A stretch of 64,000 nt of DNA from Deltaproteobacteria bacterium. GTDB lineage: Bacteria > Myxococcota > Kuafuiibacteriia > Kuafuiibacteriales > Kuafuiibacteriaceae. The position numbers and the translations under genes were made by a program. The stretch is from assembly GCA_040218735.1 (NCBI GenBank), contig JAVJQW010000043.1, positions 192,001 to 256,000 on the forward strand, given 5' to 3'. The number at the start of each line of letters is the position of its first letter. The first letter of the stretch is position 1. Below, in pieces: positions 29,484-37,742 of this stretch. The notes under the pieces are model-generated. The model had not been told where the DNA came from and ran no database searches. It worked only from the letters and a program-made list of their open reading frames with translations.

Positions 29484-29937
29484 TTGTTTGGTGATGAGTT
29501 TGGCGCCGCTGAGCTGCGCGCAGCAGCAGCGCGCCACCGGTGGCGCGTCGGGCGGCGGAGAGGCGACGCCGATGTCCGCGAAGACGCCACAACCGGAGGA
29601 GCTGCCCTGTGGAGTCTGCAACGTCGCGATCAGCGGCCGGGTGACCGGCGCCTGGCAGGAGTCGGTGTGTATCTCGGACCCCGCGAACCCCGGTGATCCC
29701 GGATCGAACCCATCGGTCGCCTATCCGGTGCGGGAGCCACGCATCGAGGTCATCGAGGGTGAGCAGAGCGGGAAGCAGTTTGCGGTGGGCTGCTCGGTCG
29801 AGGAGTTCTCGGCGCCGGAGGTGTTCGAAGGTGAAGTCGAGGACGGCGGTAATCCCAAGGACTGGGTCACCGCGTATCTGTGGGTGACCGACGCAAACGG
29901 CAAGGACTGCTACTCACTCCTCAAATTGGACAAGTGA
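29452..29937 (+). CDS. Cys-rich hypothetical lipoprotein
   Basis: MCRVEFWSVLSCLVMSLAPLSC signal/lipobox, GAAGGG upstream. Start is uncertain (29452 or 29494). Confidence 0.6.
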   Translation: MCRVEFWSVLSCLVMSLAPLSCAQQQRATGGASGGGEATPMSAKTPQPEELPCGVCNVAISGRVTGAWQESVCISDPANPGDPGSNPSVAYPVREPRIEVIEGEQSGKQFAVGCSVEEFSAPEVFEGEVEDGGNPKDWVTAYLWVTDANGKDCYSLLKLDK

Positions 29938-29938
29938 G

Positions 29939-32572
29939 TCATTCCCGAACCCAAACCCGAAACGCGCTCGCGTCCCAAGGTGTTTTGGCGTCCGCGAGTG
30001 AGACGCGTGCCGCACGCAGCGCACGTCCCCAGTCCTCTTGGGTCTCGAGGCTCTCGTAGAACGCGTCGACCCATCGACTCGTGTGCGCGTCGTCGACGGG
30101 GCGCACCGCAGCGACGACGACTTCCGCGCCCTCCACCAAGAACGCCTGCGCCATCGAAAACGCCGCCGTGTCGCGTGATCCGAGGTCACACGCCGCGAGG
30201 ACGACGTGTCGAGGGCCGCCGCCGAGGGAGAGCACATCGACCACTTCGAAGCGTCGCTCGCCGCCGAGCGGGAAGCCACCGTCGAGGCCGTCGAGGCCCA
30301 GCCGGAGCCCGTGGCCGGAGTAGTGAAGGAGCGCGGGCCGGCGCCGAAGCGCTGCGCTGAGTCGAGACACGGTGACTTCCGTCTTTAGGGTCTCGACGGC
30401 GAAACCTCGCGCTTCGAGTGACGCCGCGACGCGTTGCGCCTCCGCGGTTGCGGTCGGGAGCTCGCCGGTCGGGTCGGCGACGATCAGCGCAGTGTGCGTT
30501 GTTTGCTTCACGGGCGGCGGCGGGCCGAGGTCGGCGTGGAACACGATCACCGCGCGGCGGAAGAGCGGCGAGCCATCGATGTCGATCGTGTCCCAGGGGA
30601 GGGCGAGCAGGCCCGGGTGTGCGTAGATCCGGACACGCTCGGCTCCGACCAGCGCCTCACCCAAAGACACGAGACCCGCAGCCGTGCTCGCTGTGGCGAC
30701 GTAGGTGAGCCCGTCGTCCTTCTGCACCCAGGCGTGCATCCCGGTCCGACCCGGGTGGGCGAACACGAGCGCTTCGCCGGGCCGAACGCGAAGGGGAGCG
30801 AGGGGCGACGAGTCGGCGTGTTGGAAGAGCGCGTCGAGGGCGCGCCGGGCTTTCAGCACCTTCGCGGCCGTCGAGCGCTCCACCTCGGGGAGCGCGCTCG
30901 CCGGGAGCGTCCAGGCGCGCTCCAACGCGGCGTCGAGATCCGCGCGTGCGCGTCGGACTTCGACCTGCAGACGTTCGACGGCGTCATTCGTGCCGCCTTC
31001 GCGCCACGCGCTTCGCTGTCGAGCCCACGCGGCGTTACCGCGGATGATATCCCGCATCGCGGCGATCGCCGCCTCGCCGCGGCCGAGACGCGAGAGCGTT
31101 TCGACGAGCGCGATCGCGGAGTCCTCGCGCTTCGCCAACAGGGTGTCGCGGCCCTCCCCCAGCGGCACGCGCCGCGCCCACCCTTGCAAGGCGGCTTGCG
31201 CATCGCGGTACGCGGCGGCGGCGGCGCCGAGATCACCTCGCGCCTCCTCGGACTCACCGCGGCCGAGGTGAGCCTGCCATTCGATGTCCAACGCCTGAAG
31301 CTCCTGGGCGAGCCGCCCGAGCCGCGCATAGCTCTCCACACCACGCTCGGGGGAAGCCGTACGCGCCAACCACGCCGCGGTCAGGTGCTCGAGGTTGAGA
31401 CGGGACGTGACATCCGGTTGCGCGACCGCCGCCTGTGCGGCGTCGAGGTGCTCGCGAGCGCCGTCGCTGTTCCCCTCGAACAGCGCCGCCCACCCCGCGT
31501 TGAGCTCGGCGTTGAAGCGCCGATGCGGCATTGGACACTTCGTTCGGTAGAGCGTCGCGCTCTCGCGGAGCTCGTCGAGCTTCTTTCCGGCGAAGAGGTC
31601 GGGCGCCTGTTGGCGTCCCAGCAGCGTGTGCCAGCCCAGGTTGTTGAGCACCTGGGCGCGCTGACAGGCGGAGAGGGTGGCGTCCGCGAGGTGCAGACGA
31701 AGTCTCTCGAGCTCTTCGGCGAGCTCTCGCCATCGCCCCATCAGTCGAAGGAGGAAGATTTGGTACTGACGCAGGTCGATGACGCTTCGGCCGAGCCGAT
31801 CGTTCAGCGCGATCGCGGTGCGTACGTGGCGAAGCCCCGCGCGCGGGTCGCGCCAACGTACGGCGAGCGTGGTTGCGCCGTAGTGGTACCAGAGCGACGC
31901 CCAGGTATCGTCACGTGCGAGCACCTCCAGGTTGGCCAGCGCCGCTTTGGCGTCGCGCGGCGGGAAGCCCCGCTCGACGAGGAGGTGATTCAGCGCGCCG
32001 AGATCCGCGACCAAGCTCTTCACCCGCCCTCCGCGCTCGTGTTCCCTGATGCTCGCCTCGAACGCCTTACGCGCACGTTCGTTCTCCCCGCGCGCCATCC
32101 AGTTCCGCGCGCGTTGGCCGAGCGCCCCGGCGACCGTTCCCGTGGCGACGATCCGGTCGAGCAGCGCGTCCGCGGCGTCGAGGTCACCCGCGTGCCGGAG
32201 CTTTGCCACCGCGCCGAGGTCGGGGCCTGGAGGGTGGGCCGCGAATCGTACGCGGGATGGTTGGTGCCCTTTGACCTCGATCGCGAGCAAGCCCTCCGGC
32301 GCCGTCACCTCGAAGCGCAAGCCGCCTTGCACCGGTGTGGTGGGGCCGAGGGGCAGGGGGCGGTCGTCGACGCGGAGCGAGACCTTGTCGCGGTTCGGCG
32401 TGTCGACCCAGACCGTGACCGCCGACTTCGACGGCGTGACCTCACACACCGGCCCGACGCGTCGCTCCAGGCACCCGATCATCTCGACGGTGGGCGCGGG
32501 GAGGAGCGGCGCTTTGGGCTCCCAGGTGCAGGCGGCGAGCGTGAGCAACGTCGCCGCGAATCGCCCCCGCAC
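29939..32572 (-). CDS. Lipoprotein TPR-CHAT (caspase-like) protease
   Basis: Lipobox LTLAAC, TPR-like helices, and a CHAT domain with ALIVADPTGELP, His motif LLHYSGHG, Cys motif VVLAACD and AFLVEGA. Confidence 0.9.
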   Translation of the reverse strand: MRGRFAATLLTLAACTWEPKAPLLPAPTVEMIGCLERRVGPVCEVTPSKSAVTVWVDTPNRDKVSLRVDDRPLPLGPTTPVQGGLRFEVTAPEGLLAIEVKGHQPSRVRFAAHPPGPDLGAVAKLRHAGDLDAADALLDRIVATGTVAGALGQRARNWMARGENERARKAFEASIREHERGGRVKSLVADLGALNHLLVERGFPPRDAKAALANLEVLARDDTWASLWYHYGATTLAVRWRDPRAGLRHVRTAIALNDRLGRSVIDLRQYQIFLLRLMGRWRELAEELERLRLHLADATLSACQRAQVLNNLGWHTLLGRQQAPDLFAGKKLDELRESATLYRTKCPMPHRRFNAELNAGWAALFEGNSDGAREHLDAAQAAVAQPDVTSRLNLEHLTAAWLARTASPERGVESYARLGRLAQELQALDIEWQAHLGRGESEEARGDLGAAAAAYRDAQAALQGWARRVPLGEGRDTLLAKREDSAIALVETLSRLGRGEAAIAAMRDIIRGNAAWARQRSAWREGGTNDAVERLQVEVRRARADLDAALERAWTLPASALPEVERSTAAKVLKARRALDALFQHADSSPLAPLRVRPGEALVFAHPGRTGMHAWVQKDDGLTYVATASTAAGLVSLGEALVGAERVRIYAHPGLLALPWDTIDIDGSPLFRRAVIVFHADLGPPPPVKQTTHTALIVADPTGELPTATAEAQRVAASLEARGFAVETLKTEVTVSRLSAALRRRPALLHYSGHGLRLGLDGLDGGFPLGGERRFEVVDVLSLGGGPRHVVLAACDLGSRDTAAFSMAQAFLVEGAEVVVAAVRPVDDAHTSRWVDAFYESLETQEDWGRALRAARVSLADAKTPWDASAFRVWVRE

Positions 32573-32584
32573 ACGCGGACGGTG

Positions 32585-33550
32585 TCAGAGCCGCGAGCGA
32601 GCGTCCAGCGGTCGGGGCGCGTGCACCGCACCCACGGTACGAACCACGGCGCCGATCGCCTTCACGAAGTGACCCGCGCGCATCCGAGGGCGCCGCGCGA
32701 AGACGTCGTAGCCGGACGCCTCGATGTCGTCGAGCGACGCGCGATTCAGCGCGCCGAGCGTCGCGGTCGCAAGCGAAGCCATCCTCGGGAGGCGCGCGAT
32801 GCCCGGCGCCGCGGCGTCGAACAGCGCGCGGTTGTGATCGACGAGGCTGGCCATGAAGGTGCGCCACCCTGTCGACGTCGAATGCTCCGCGAGCGCATTG
32901 GGATCGACGCCGTGCGATCGGAGCTCGTCCTTGGGCAGGTACACGCGGCCCTCTTCGAAGTCGGAGGCGATGTCGCAGATCATGTCCGTGAGCTGCGCCG
33001 CCGTGGCGAACAGCGCCGCATAGCGGAGCGTCTCGCGGTCCGAGGCCCCGAAGAGGCGCGACGTCAGCAGCCCGAGGGGGGCCAGGACGTCGAAGCAGTA
33101 GTCGATGAGGTCGTCGAGCGTCCGGTGGTCCGGCGCGACGTGGTCATCGCCGATGCCCTCGAGCTGGGCTTCGATCCACACACGCGGGATGCGGCGTCGC
33201 TTTCGCACGTCTGCCAACGCGATGAGCAGCGGATCGTCCGGAGGTACGGGCGCGAGGGTGTCGCGGACGAGCTTGGCCCACAGCGCCCGGCCGACGGGGC
33301 TCGGATCCTCGCTCAGCACGTCGACTTCGCGTAACCAGCCGCCCACCACGAAGAAGTCACGACGCTGGTGCGCCGGCAGCAGCAACCCGGCGTAGTACAC
33401 CCGCGGATAGAAGCGTCGCGTGGTGGCGGCGGCGTGCCGATAGGCGTCGTCGAGCTGCGTTCGATTCACCGCCGCCGCGGACACCCCCACCTCACCCGGC
33501 GCGAGCAACGTGTCGATGCGCGCGTCGAGCCGCCGCACCCAAGCACTCAC
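32585..33550 (-). CDS. Squalene/phytoene synthase-family protein (divergent motifs)
   Basis: LIDYCFDV, AAQLTDMICDIASDFEEGRVYLP and IEASGYDVF. The GTG at 33550 overlaps the upstream stop (GTGA). Confidence 0.85.
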   Translation of the reverse strand: MSAWVRRLDARIDTLLAPGEVGVSAAAVNRTQLDDAYRHAAATTRRFYPRVYYAGLLLPAHQRRDFFVVGGWLREVDVLSEDPSPVGRALWAKLVRDTLAPVPPDDPLLIALADVRKRRRIPRVWIEAQLEGIGDDHVAPDHRTLDDLIDYCFDVLAPLGLLTSRLFGASDRETLRYAALFATAAQLTDMICDIASDFEEGRVYLPKDELRSHGVDPNALAEHSTSTGWRTFMASLVDHNRALFDAAAPGIARLPRMASLATATLGALNRASLDDIEASGYDVFARRPRMRAGHFVKAIGAVVRTVGAVHAPRPLDARSRL

Positions 33551-34317
33551 GATGCCACCCGCGCCTGCGTCGGCACCGGCGCTGCTCGGCGGACCCGAAA
33601 CCGTTTCATCGCGAGCTTGGCGAGGGCGCCGAGGAGCATCGGAATGTGTATCGGCACCAACACCAACAGGCCGTAGCCCTCGGCGTAGCGCGGGTTCCGT
33701 TCGAGGTAGAACCGCGCCGCGGCGTTCTGGGTCGCCGTCCACGCCTGGGCTTCGCCGGTCTCCTGACGCGTGCACCACCCGACGTGACAGACGCCCGGCG
33801 CGTCCGCTTCTTCCTCCAGGTGGAAGTGCGTCGCGAGCGCCCCCATCAGCGCTTCGATCTCGGGCGGCGTCTCACGCTCGGGACACGGCCACAGCTCCGT
33901 CGTGTACCGCGCGAGGACCTGGTACGACGCCGGGTTCACGGGGCACGCGAAGCCGTAGAGTCGACGCAGCGGGTACGCCAAACGAACGCACAACCCCTCG
34001 CGCGCGAGGAACGACGAACACAGCGACTGCCGACGGTAGACCGGGCGGAGCGCGACGATCGTTCGGAAGACCAACGGACGCTCGGGGCTGTCGTGCTCGT
34101 AGATCTGCGCGACGGCGTACCCGGCCAAGAAGCCGTCGTCGCGCAGGACCTGGATCCGCACGCGAATCGCCGCGCTCGGAATCAGGTAGCGCTCGAACGC
34201 CGCGCGCTCCACGCCGCCGAAGACGTCGCAGTTGAGCGCGAACAGCTCATCGACGAGCGCGGCGCGGCGCACCGGATCGAGGGACTGGGGATCGATGATT
34301 TGCGATTGAATGCTCAC
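33547..34317 (-). CDS. GNAT-fold-like hypothetical protein (possible acyltransferase)
   Basis: 3' part of ORF 33547..35004. LAGY..., ALRPVYRRQSL (motif-A-like), NPASY and RFYLERNPRY. GTGA overlap with the upstream gene. Confidence 0.6.
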   Translation of the reverse strand: MSIQSQIIDPQSLDPVRRAALVDELFALNCDVFGGVERAAFERYLIPSAAIRVRIQVLRDDGFLAGYAVAQIYEHDSPERPLVFRTIVALRPVYRRQSLCSSFLAREGLCVRLAYPLRRLYGFACPVNPASYQVLARYTTELWPCPERETPPEIEALMGALATHFHLEEEADAPGVCHVGWCTRQETGEAQAWTATQNAAARFYLERNPRYAEGYGLLVLVPIHIPMLLGALAKLAMKRFRVRRAAPVPTQARVAS

Positions 34318-35219
34318 GACAAGGCTCCTTCCCGAGCGGTCTGACGGACCCGAGCGAGCTCGGCCGGCGAATAGAGGCGTTCGAAGGCGCGACGGTCGAC
34401 GCCGATCGCCGCGGTGATGAGGGGCTGCAGTACGCGTCCGAGGACGGGCTGCAGCGCGACCCACTGCGACGCACGGAGCAGCCGCGGGAACGGTCGCTGC
34501 GCGACGCCGGGGCGACGCATCGCGAGCTGCATCCGCTTGAAGGCTTCGCGCAGGCGCGCGCCGTCGGGGTCGAAACGATCGAGCGGCTCGATCACGATGT
34601 CGCGCACGAACGGACGCGCGACCGCCATCATGCGGAGCAGCTCGACCGCACCACGGAGCGACGCTCGCTCGACCGGCCCACGCGCCAGGCGCTCCGACAT
34701 GTAGAAGTCGATCGCGACGTGCCGCGACTCGTCGCGGTTGATGCGCGCCATCGCGTCGCGGCATGTCGGGTCGTCGCAGGCGTCGTCGAGCGCGCGCAGG
34801 AGCGCGATGTCGAGGATCAGCTCGCCGGTCGTGACGTAGACGTTGGCGATCTCCGGCGAGAACGCGCGTGCCGTCGCGACGAGGCGCGGGGCGAAGCGCT
34901 CGAGGTTCGGGTTGATCGTGTACGCGCGGTAGCCGTGCACGTCGTAGTGGCGTGCGAGGCGCTCCGCGACGACGGCGTGCCGCTCCTCCTCCTCGACGAA
35001 ACACCCGTAGATCTCGGCGAGCACCGGCTCGTCGACGCGCGCTTGCATGACCTTGAACAGGTCACGCGCGATACGCTCGATCCCGGCCATGTCGACGAAC
35101 GTCTGCACGAGCGTCATCTCCTCTTCGCGGCCCATCGGACGCGGCGGTCGGCTCCAATCGAGGTCGTCGACGCACCACCGCTCCTGCCGGCACTTCGACA
35201 GCAACTTCTCCAGATTCAT
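34314..35219 (-). CDS. Ferritin-like di-iron protein (acyl-ACP desaturase/AurF-like superfamily)
   Basis: W..DDLDWS N-terminus. Di-iron ligand pattern E...EEERH...E...DESRH. Confidence 0.82.
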   Translation of the reverse strand: MNLEKLLSKCRQERWCVDDLDWSRPPRPMGREEEMTLVQTFVDMAGIERIARDLFKVMQARVDEPVLAEIYGCFVEEEERHAVVAERLARHYDVHGYRAYTINPNLERFAPRLVATARAFSPEIANVYVTTGELILDIALLRALDDACDDPTCRDAMARINRDESRHVAIDFYMSERLARGPVERASLRGAVELLRMMAVARPFVRDIVIEPLDRFDPDGARLREAFKRMQLAMRRPGVAQRPFPRLLRASQWVALQPVLGRVLQPLITAAIGVDRRAFERLYSPAELARVRQTAREGALS

Positions 35220-35230
35220 GGCGAGTGACC

Positions 35231-36187
35231 TCAGGCCGGGACGGCGCCGAAGCGGCGTTGCCGACCGGCGAACCAGGCGATCGCGTTGCGGAGGTGTTCG
35301 GCGCGGTAGTCCGGCCACATCGTGTCGTCGAAGAGCAGCTCGGCGTACGCGTTCTCGACGAGGAGGAAGTCGCTGAGGCGCTGCTCGCCGCCGGTGCGGA
35401 TCAAGAGGTCCACGTCGGGGAGGTCGTGGGTCCACATCGACTGCCGCAGCAGCGCGTCGTCGACGTCCTCGGGGGCGAGCCGACCGTTGCGGCTCTGCTC
35501 GCAGAGGGAACGCACCGCGCTCACGAGATCGGTGCGGGCGCCGTACGCGATCGCGATCGACAGCTGCATCGCGCTGCCGTCCGCGGTGGCGGCCATCGTC
35601 GCCTCCAGGCTCCGCCGCGTCACGTCGGGGACGCGCTCGAGGTCGCCGATGATCTCGAACCGGATCCCCAGCTCGACGAAGTCATCACGCTGACTCGCCG
35701 CGTGCTCCGCGAACAGGCGCATGATCGTCGCGACCTCGTCCTGCGGTCGCTCGAAGTTCGCCGTGCTGAACCCGTAGAGCGTCAGGTGCCGAACCCCCAG
35801 CGCACGCGCGGCGCGGTAGGTACGCGTCGCGGCGTTGGCACCTTCGACGTGCCCCCAGCTCCGCGGCCGTCGGCGTCGCGTCGCCCAGCGACCGTTGCCG
35901 TCCATGATGATCGCCACGTGCGCCGGGACCACGCCCGGCGTGCCTTCCGAGTGTGTCGGCTCCACGTCCGTGACGGCGTCGCGCTCCAGCGCGAGCATCG
36001 CGTCGAACATCGTCCGCGAGATCCGCACCCCGAGCCGAAGCGCGGTGCCGCGGGGGTCGCGGCGGAAGTCTTCGAGGAGTCCGGGCTCTGCGCTCAGGCG
36101 CTGCCAGAGCGCGTCGAGCGCGTGACGGGGGCTCGCGTCGAGGACGCGCTCCACGGGGGGCCGAAGGGGGGACGGTGCGACGTTCAT
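35231..36187 (-). CDS. cis-prenyltransferase (UppS family) with an N-terminal extra helical domain
   Basis: HVAIIMDGNGRWA, GHVEGA, YGFSTANFERP, YGAR, DLLIRTGGEQRLSDFLL, WPDY and RRFG, preceded by an extension of about 85 aa. Confidence 0.92.
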   Translation of the reverse strand: MNVAPSPLRPPVERVLDASPRHALDALWQRLSAEPGLLEDFRRDPRGTALRLGVRISRTMFDAMLALERDAVTDVEPTHSEGTPGVVPAHVAIIMDGNGRWATRRRRPRSWGHVEGANAATRTYRAARALGVRHLTLYGFSTANFERPQDEVATIMRLFAEHAASQRDDFVELGIRFEIIGDLERVPDVTRRSLEATMAATADGSAMQLSIAIAYGARTDLVSAVRSLCEQSRNGRLAPEDVDDALLRQSMWTHDLPDVDLLIRTGGEQRLSDFLLVENAYAELLFDDTMWPDYRAEHLRNAIAWFAGRQRRFGAVPA

Positions 36188-36260
36188 GCGTGCCTCGCAG
36201 ATCCGTTCGCGAGGAGGGTCGCGGACCTTGCACGAAATTCTGCGGAGACGTCGCGATAGC

Positions 36261-36313
36261 CGGGGGGCGAGCCCCCCGCTCCTGGAGGGCGCAGCGGTGT
36301 GGAGCGGGGGCTC
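36261..36313. promoter_or_regulatory. Overlapping inverted repeats in the divergent intergenic region
   Basis: CGGGGGGC-GA-GCCCCCCG at 36261-36278. 36269-36282 can alternatively pair with 36301-36313. Confidence 0.4.
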
Positions 36314-36380
36314 ATCCGGCCGGTGGCGACGGAGGCGGCCGTGGTCGGGCGTCGGCACGATCCCTGCGAATCGACGCCTC

Positions 36381-37742
36381 ATGCCGAACCCCATCCGAAT
36401 GACCCCGATCGCCGTCGCCAGCCTCGCGCTGCTCGCGCTCGGCGCGTGCGCCGGTGAGGAGCCGGCCGACCTCACGCCGACCGCCCCTCGCGACGGCGGC
36501 CCCGGCGGAGCCGAACCGCGTGACGCCGGTGCGCACGACGTGGGTACGCACGACGCGGGCTCACACGACGGCGGCTCGCAGGACGCCGGGAGCCGCGACG
36601 CCGGGCCGCTGAGCCCCCCGGTCTGCAACCCACCGCCGCTCCTCGTGCTCGCCGACATCCCCGACAACCCCTCGCTCGACGACGGCGACCCCGACACCGT
36701 CGCGATCTTCGAGGTCGACGGCCACGCGCTGATCGGCAAACACGTCACGGACGTGGCGGCGGCCGAAGGGGGCCTGAAGCTGTGGCAGGAGCTCACGCTT
36801 CGAATCCCCGAGAACCAGCTCCTGGACCTCGTGCAGTTCGAGATCTCACTCGACACCGACCCCGTCGCCTACTTCAACCGGCGCGGCGCGGTGACCACCG
36901 AGCGCTACGGGCTGAAGCTCGGCTTCTCGGTCGACAACTTCACGCGCAACGACCCCGACCCCTGCGCTCCCCTCGTGCCGCGCCGCGGGACGTTCGACTG
37001 GAGCCTCGTCCACGAGTTCGGTCACCTGCGTGGCTGGGTCGACCGTTCCTGGGACCGCTTCCTCGAAGACTTCGAAGACGTGCGCGGGTCGGGCGAAGGG
37101 TACCCGGAGGACGGGTCACCGTCGCTCGACGGCGACTTCGTCACGTCCTACGCCGAGCGCGCCGACGGCGACGAAGACCACGCCGAGTCCTGGACGACCT
37201 ACGTGATGCTCGCGGAGGACGCCGTCGGTCCGGCGATGCCCGACGAACCCCTCGCGCGCACCAAGGTGCGTTGGATGCGCGACCAGCCGGGCCTCGCCGA
37301 GCTACGCCGGGCCATTCGCATCACCGAACCGGGCGGGGGCGGCGTCGTCGCTCCGGCGCCCCGACTCGCCGAGCGACTCCCGATCGAGCCGCTCGACGTG
37401 CCCGCTTGGTTGCACGGGACGTGGGAGGGGACGTTCGTCGAGGGCGGCGAGACGATCGAGAAGCGCTTCATCTTCACGATGGACGACGTCGTCGAGGTCA
37501 CGCTCTCGGGCGGCGTCGAGGTCGAGCGACAGAGCCTGCAGGCGCTGGTCGACGCCCAGCGCGTCGGGCGCCTCGTCGTGAACCTGCGCGAGCCGACGCT
37601 GTACGGGTACAACGCAGCGGTGTCCCCGAACTACCGCATGCCGCTGGAGGACAGCTTCCTACGCTACACCGATGTGTCCGGGACCGTGCTCTGGAGCCGC
37701 CTCGAAGGCCCACAGGACGCACCCCTCACGAAGATCGACTGA
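36381..37742 (+). CDS. Zinc-metallopeptidase-like lipoprotein
   Basis: Lipobox LGAC, xxDAG linker, HEFGH (HExxH) and FVTSYA...EDHAESW third-ligand motif. Confidence 0.8.
   Translation: MPNPIRMTPIAVASLALLALGACAGEEPADLTPTAPRDGGPGGAEPRDAGAHDVGTHDAGSHDGGSQDAGSRDAGPLSPPVCNPPPLLVLADIPDNPSLDDGDPDTVAIFEVDGHALIGKHVTDVAAAEGGLKLWQELTLRIPENQLLDLVQFEISLDTDPVAYFNRRGAVTTERYGLKLGFSVDNFTRNDPDPCAPLVPRRGTFDWSLVHEFGHLRGWVDRSWDRFLEDFEDVRGSGEGYPEDGSPSLDGDFVTSYAERADGDEDHAESWTTYVMLAEDAVGPAMPDEPLARTKVRWMRDQPGLAELRRAIRITEPGGGGVVAPAPRLAERLPIEPLDVPAWLHGTWEGTFVEGGETIEKRFIFTMDDVVEVTLSGGVEVERQSLQALVDAQRVGRLVVNLREPTLYGYNAAVSPNYRMPLEDSFLRYTDVSGTVLWSRLEGPQDAPLTKID
36519..36606 (+). repeat. Imperfect 15-bp coding repeat (xxDAG/DGG linker, about 6 copies)
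   Basis: Encodes RDAGA HDVGT HDAGS HDGGS QDAGS RDAG. Confidence 0.6.

Noticed and set aside
29939-32572. Craspase / type III-E CRISPR locus
   Set aside because: There is no gRAMP/Cas7-11, no array and no cas gene, and this CHAT protein carries a lipoprotein signal.
32585-33550. Carotenoid (crtB) or hopanoid (hpnC/D) cluster
   Set aside because: No desaturase, cyclase or trans-prenyltransferase genes are nearby, and the catalytic motifs are non-canonical.
35231-36187. Labelling the cis-prenyltransferase as housekeeping uppS
   Set aside because: It lacks the usual frr/cdsA/dxr context, has an extra domain and motif substitutions, and its product chain length cannot be inferred.
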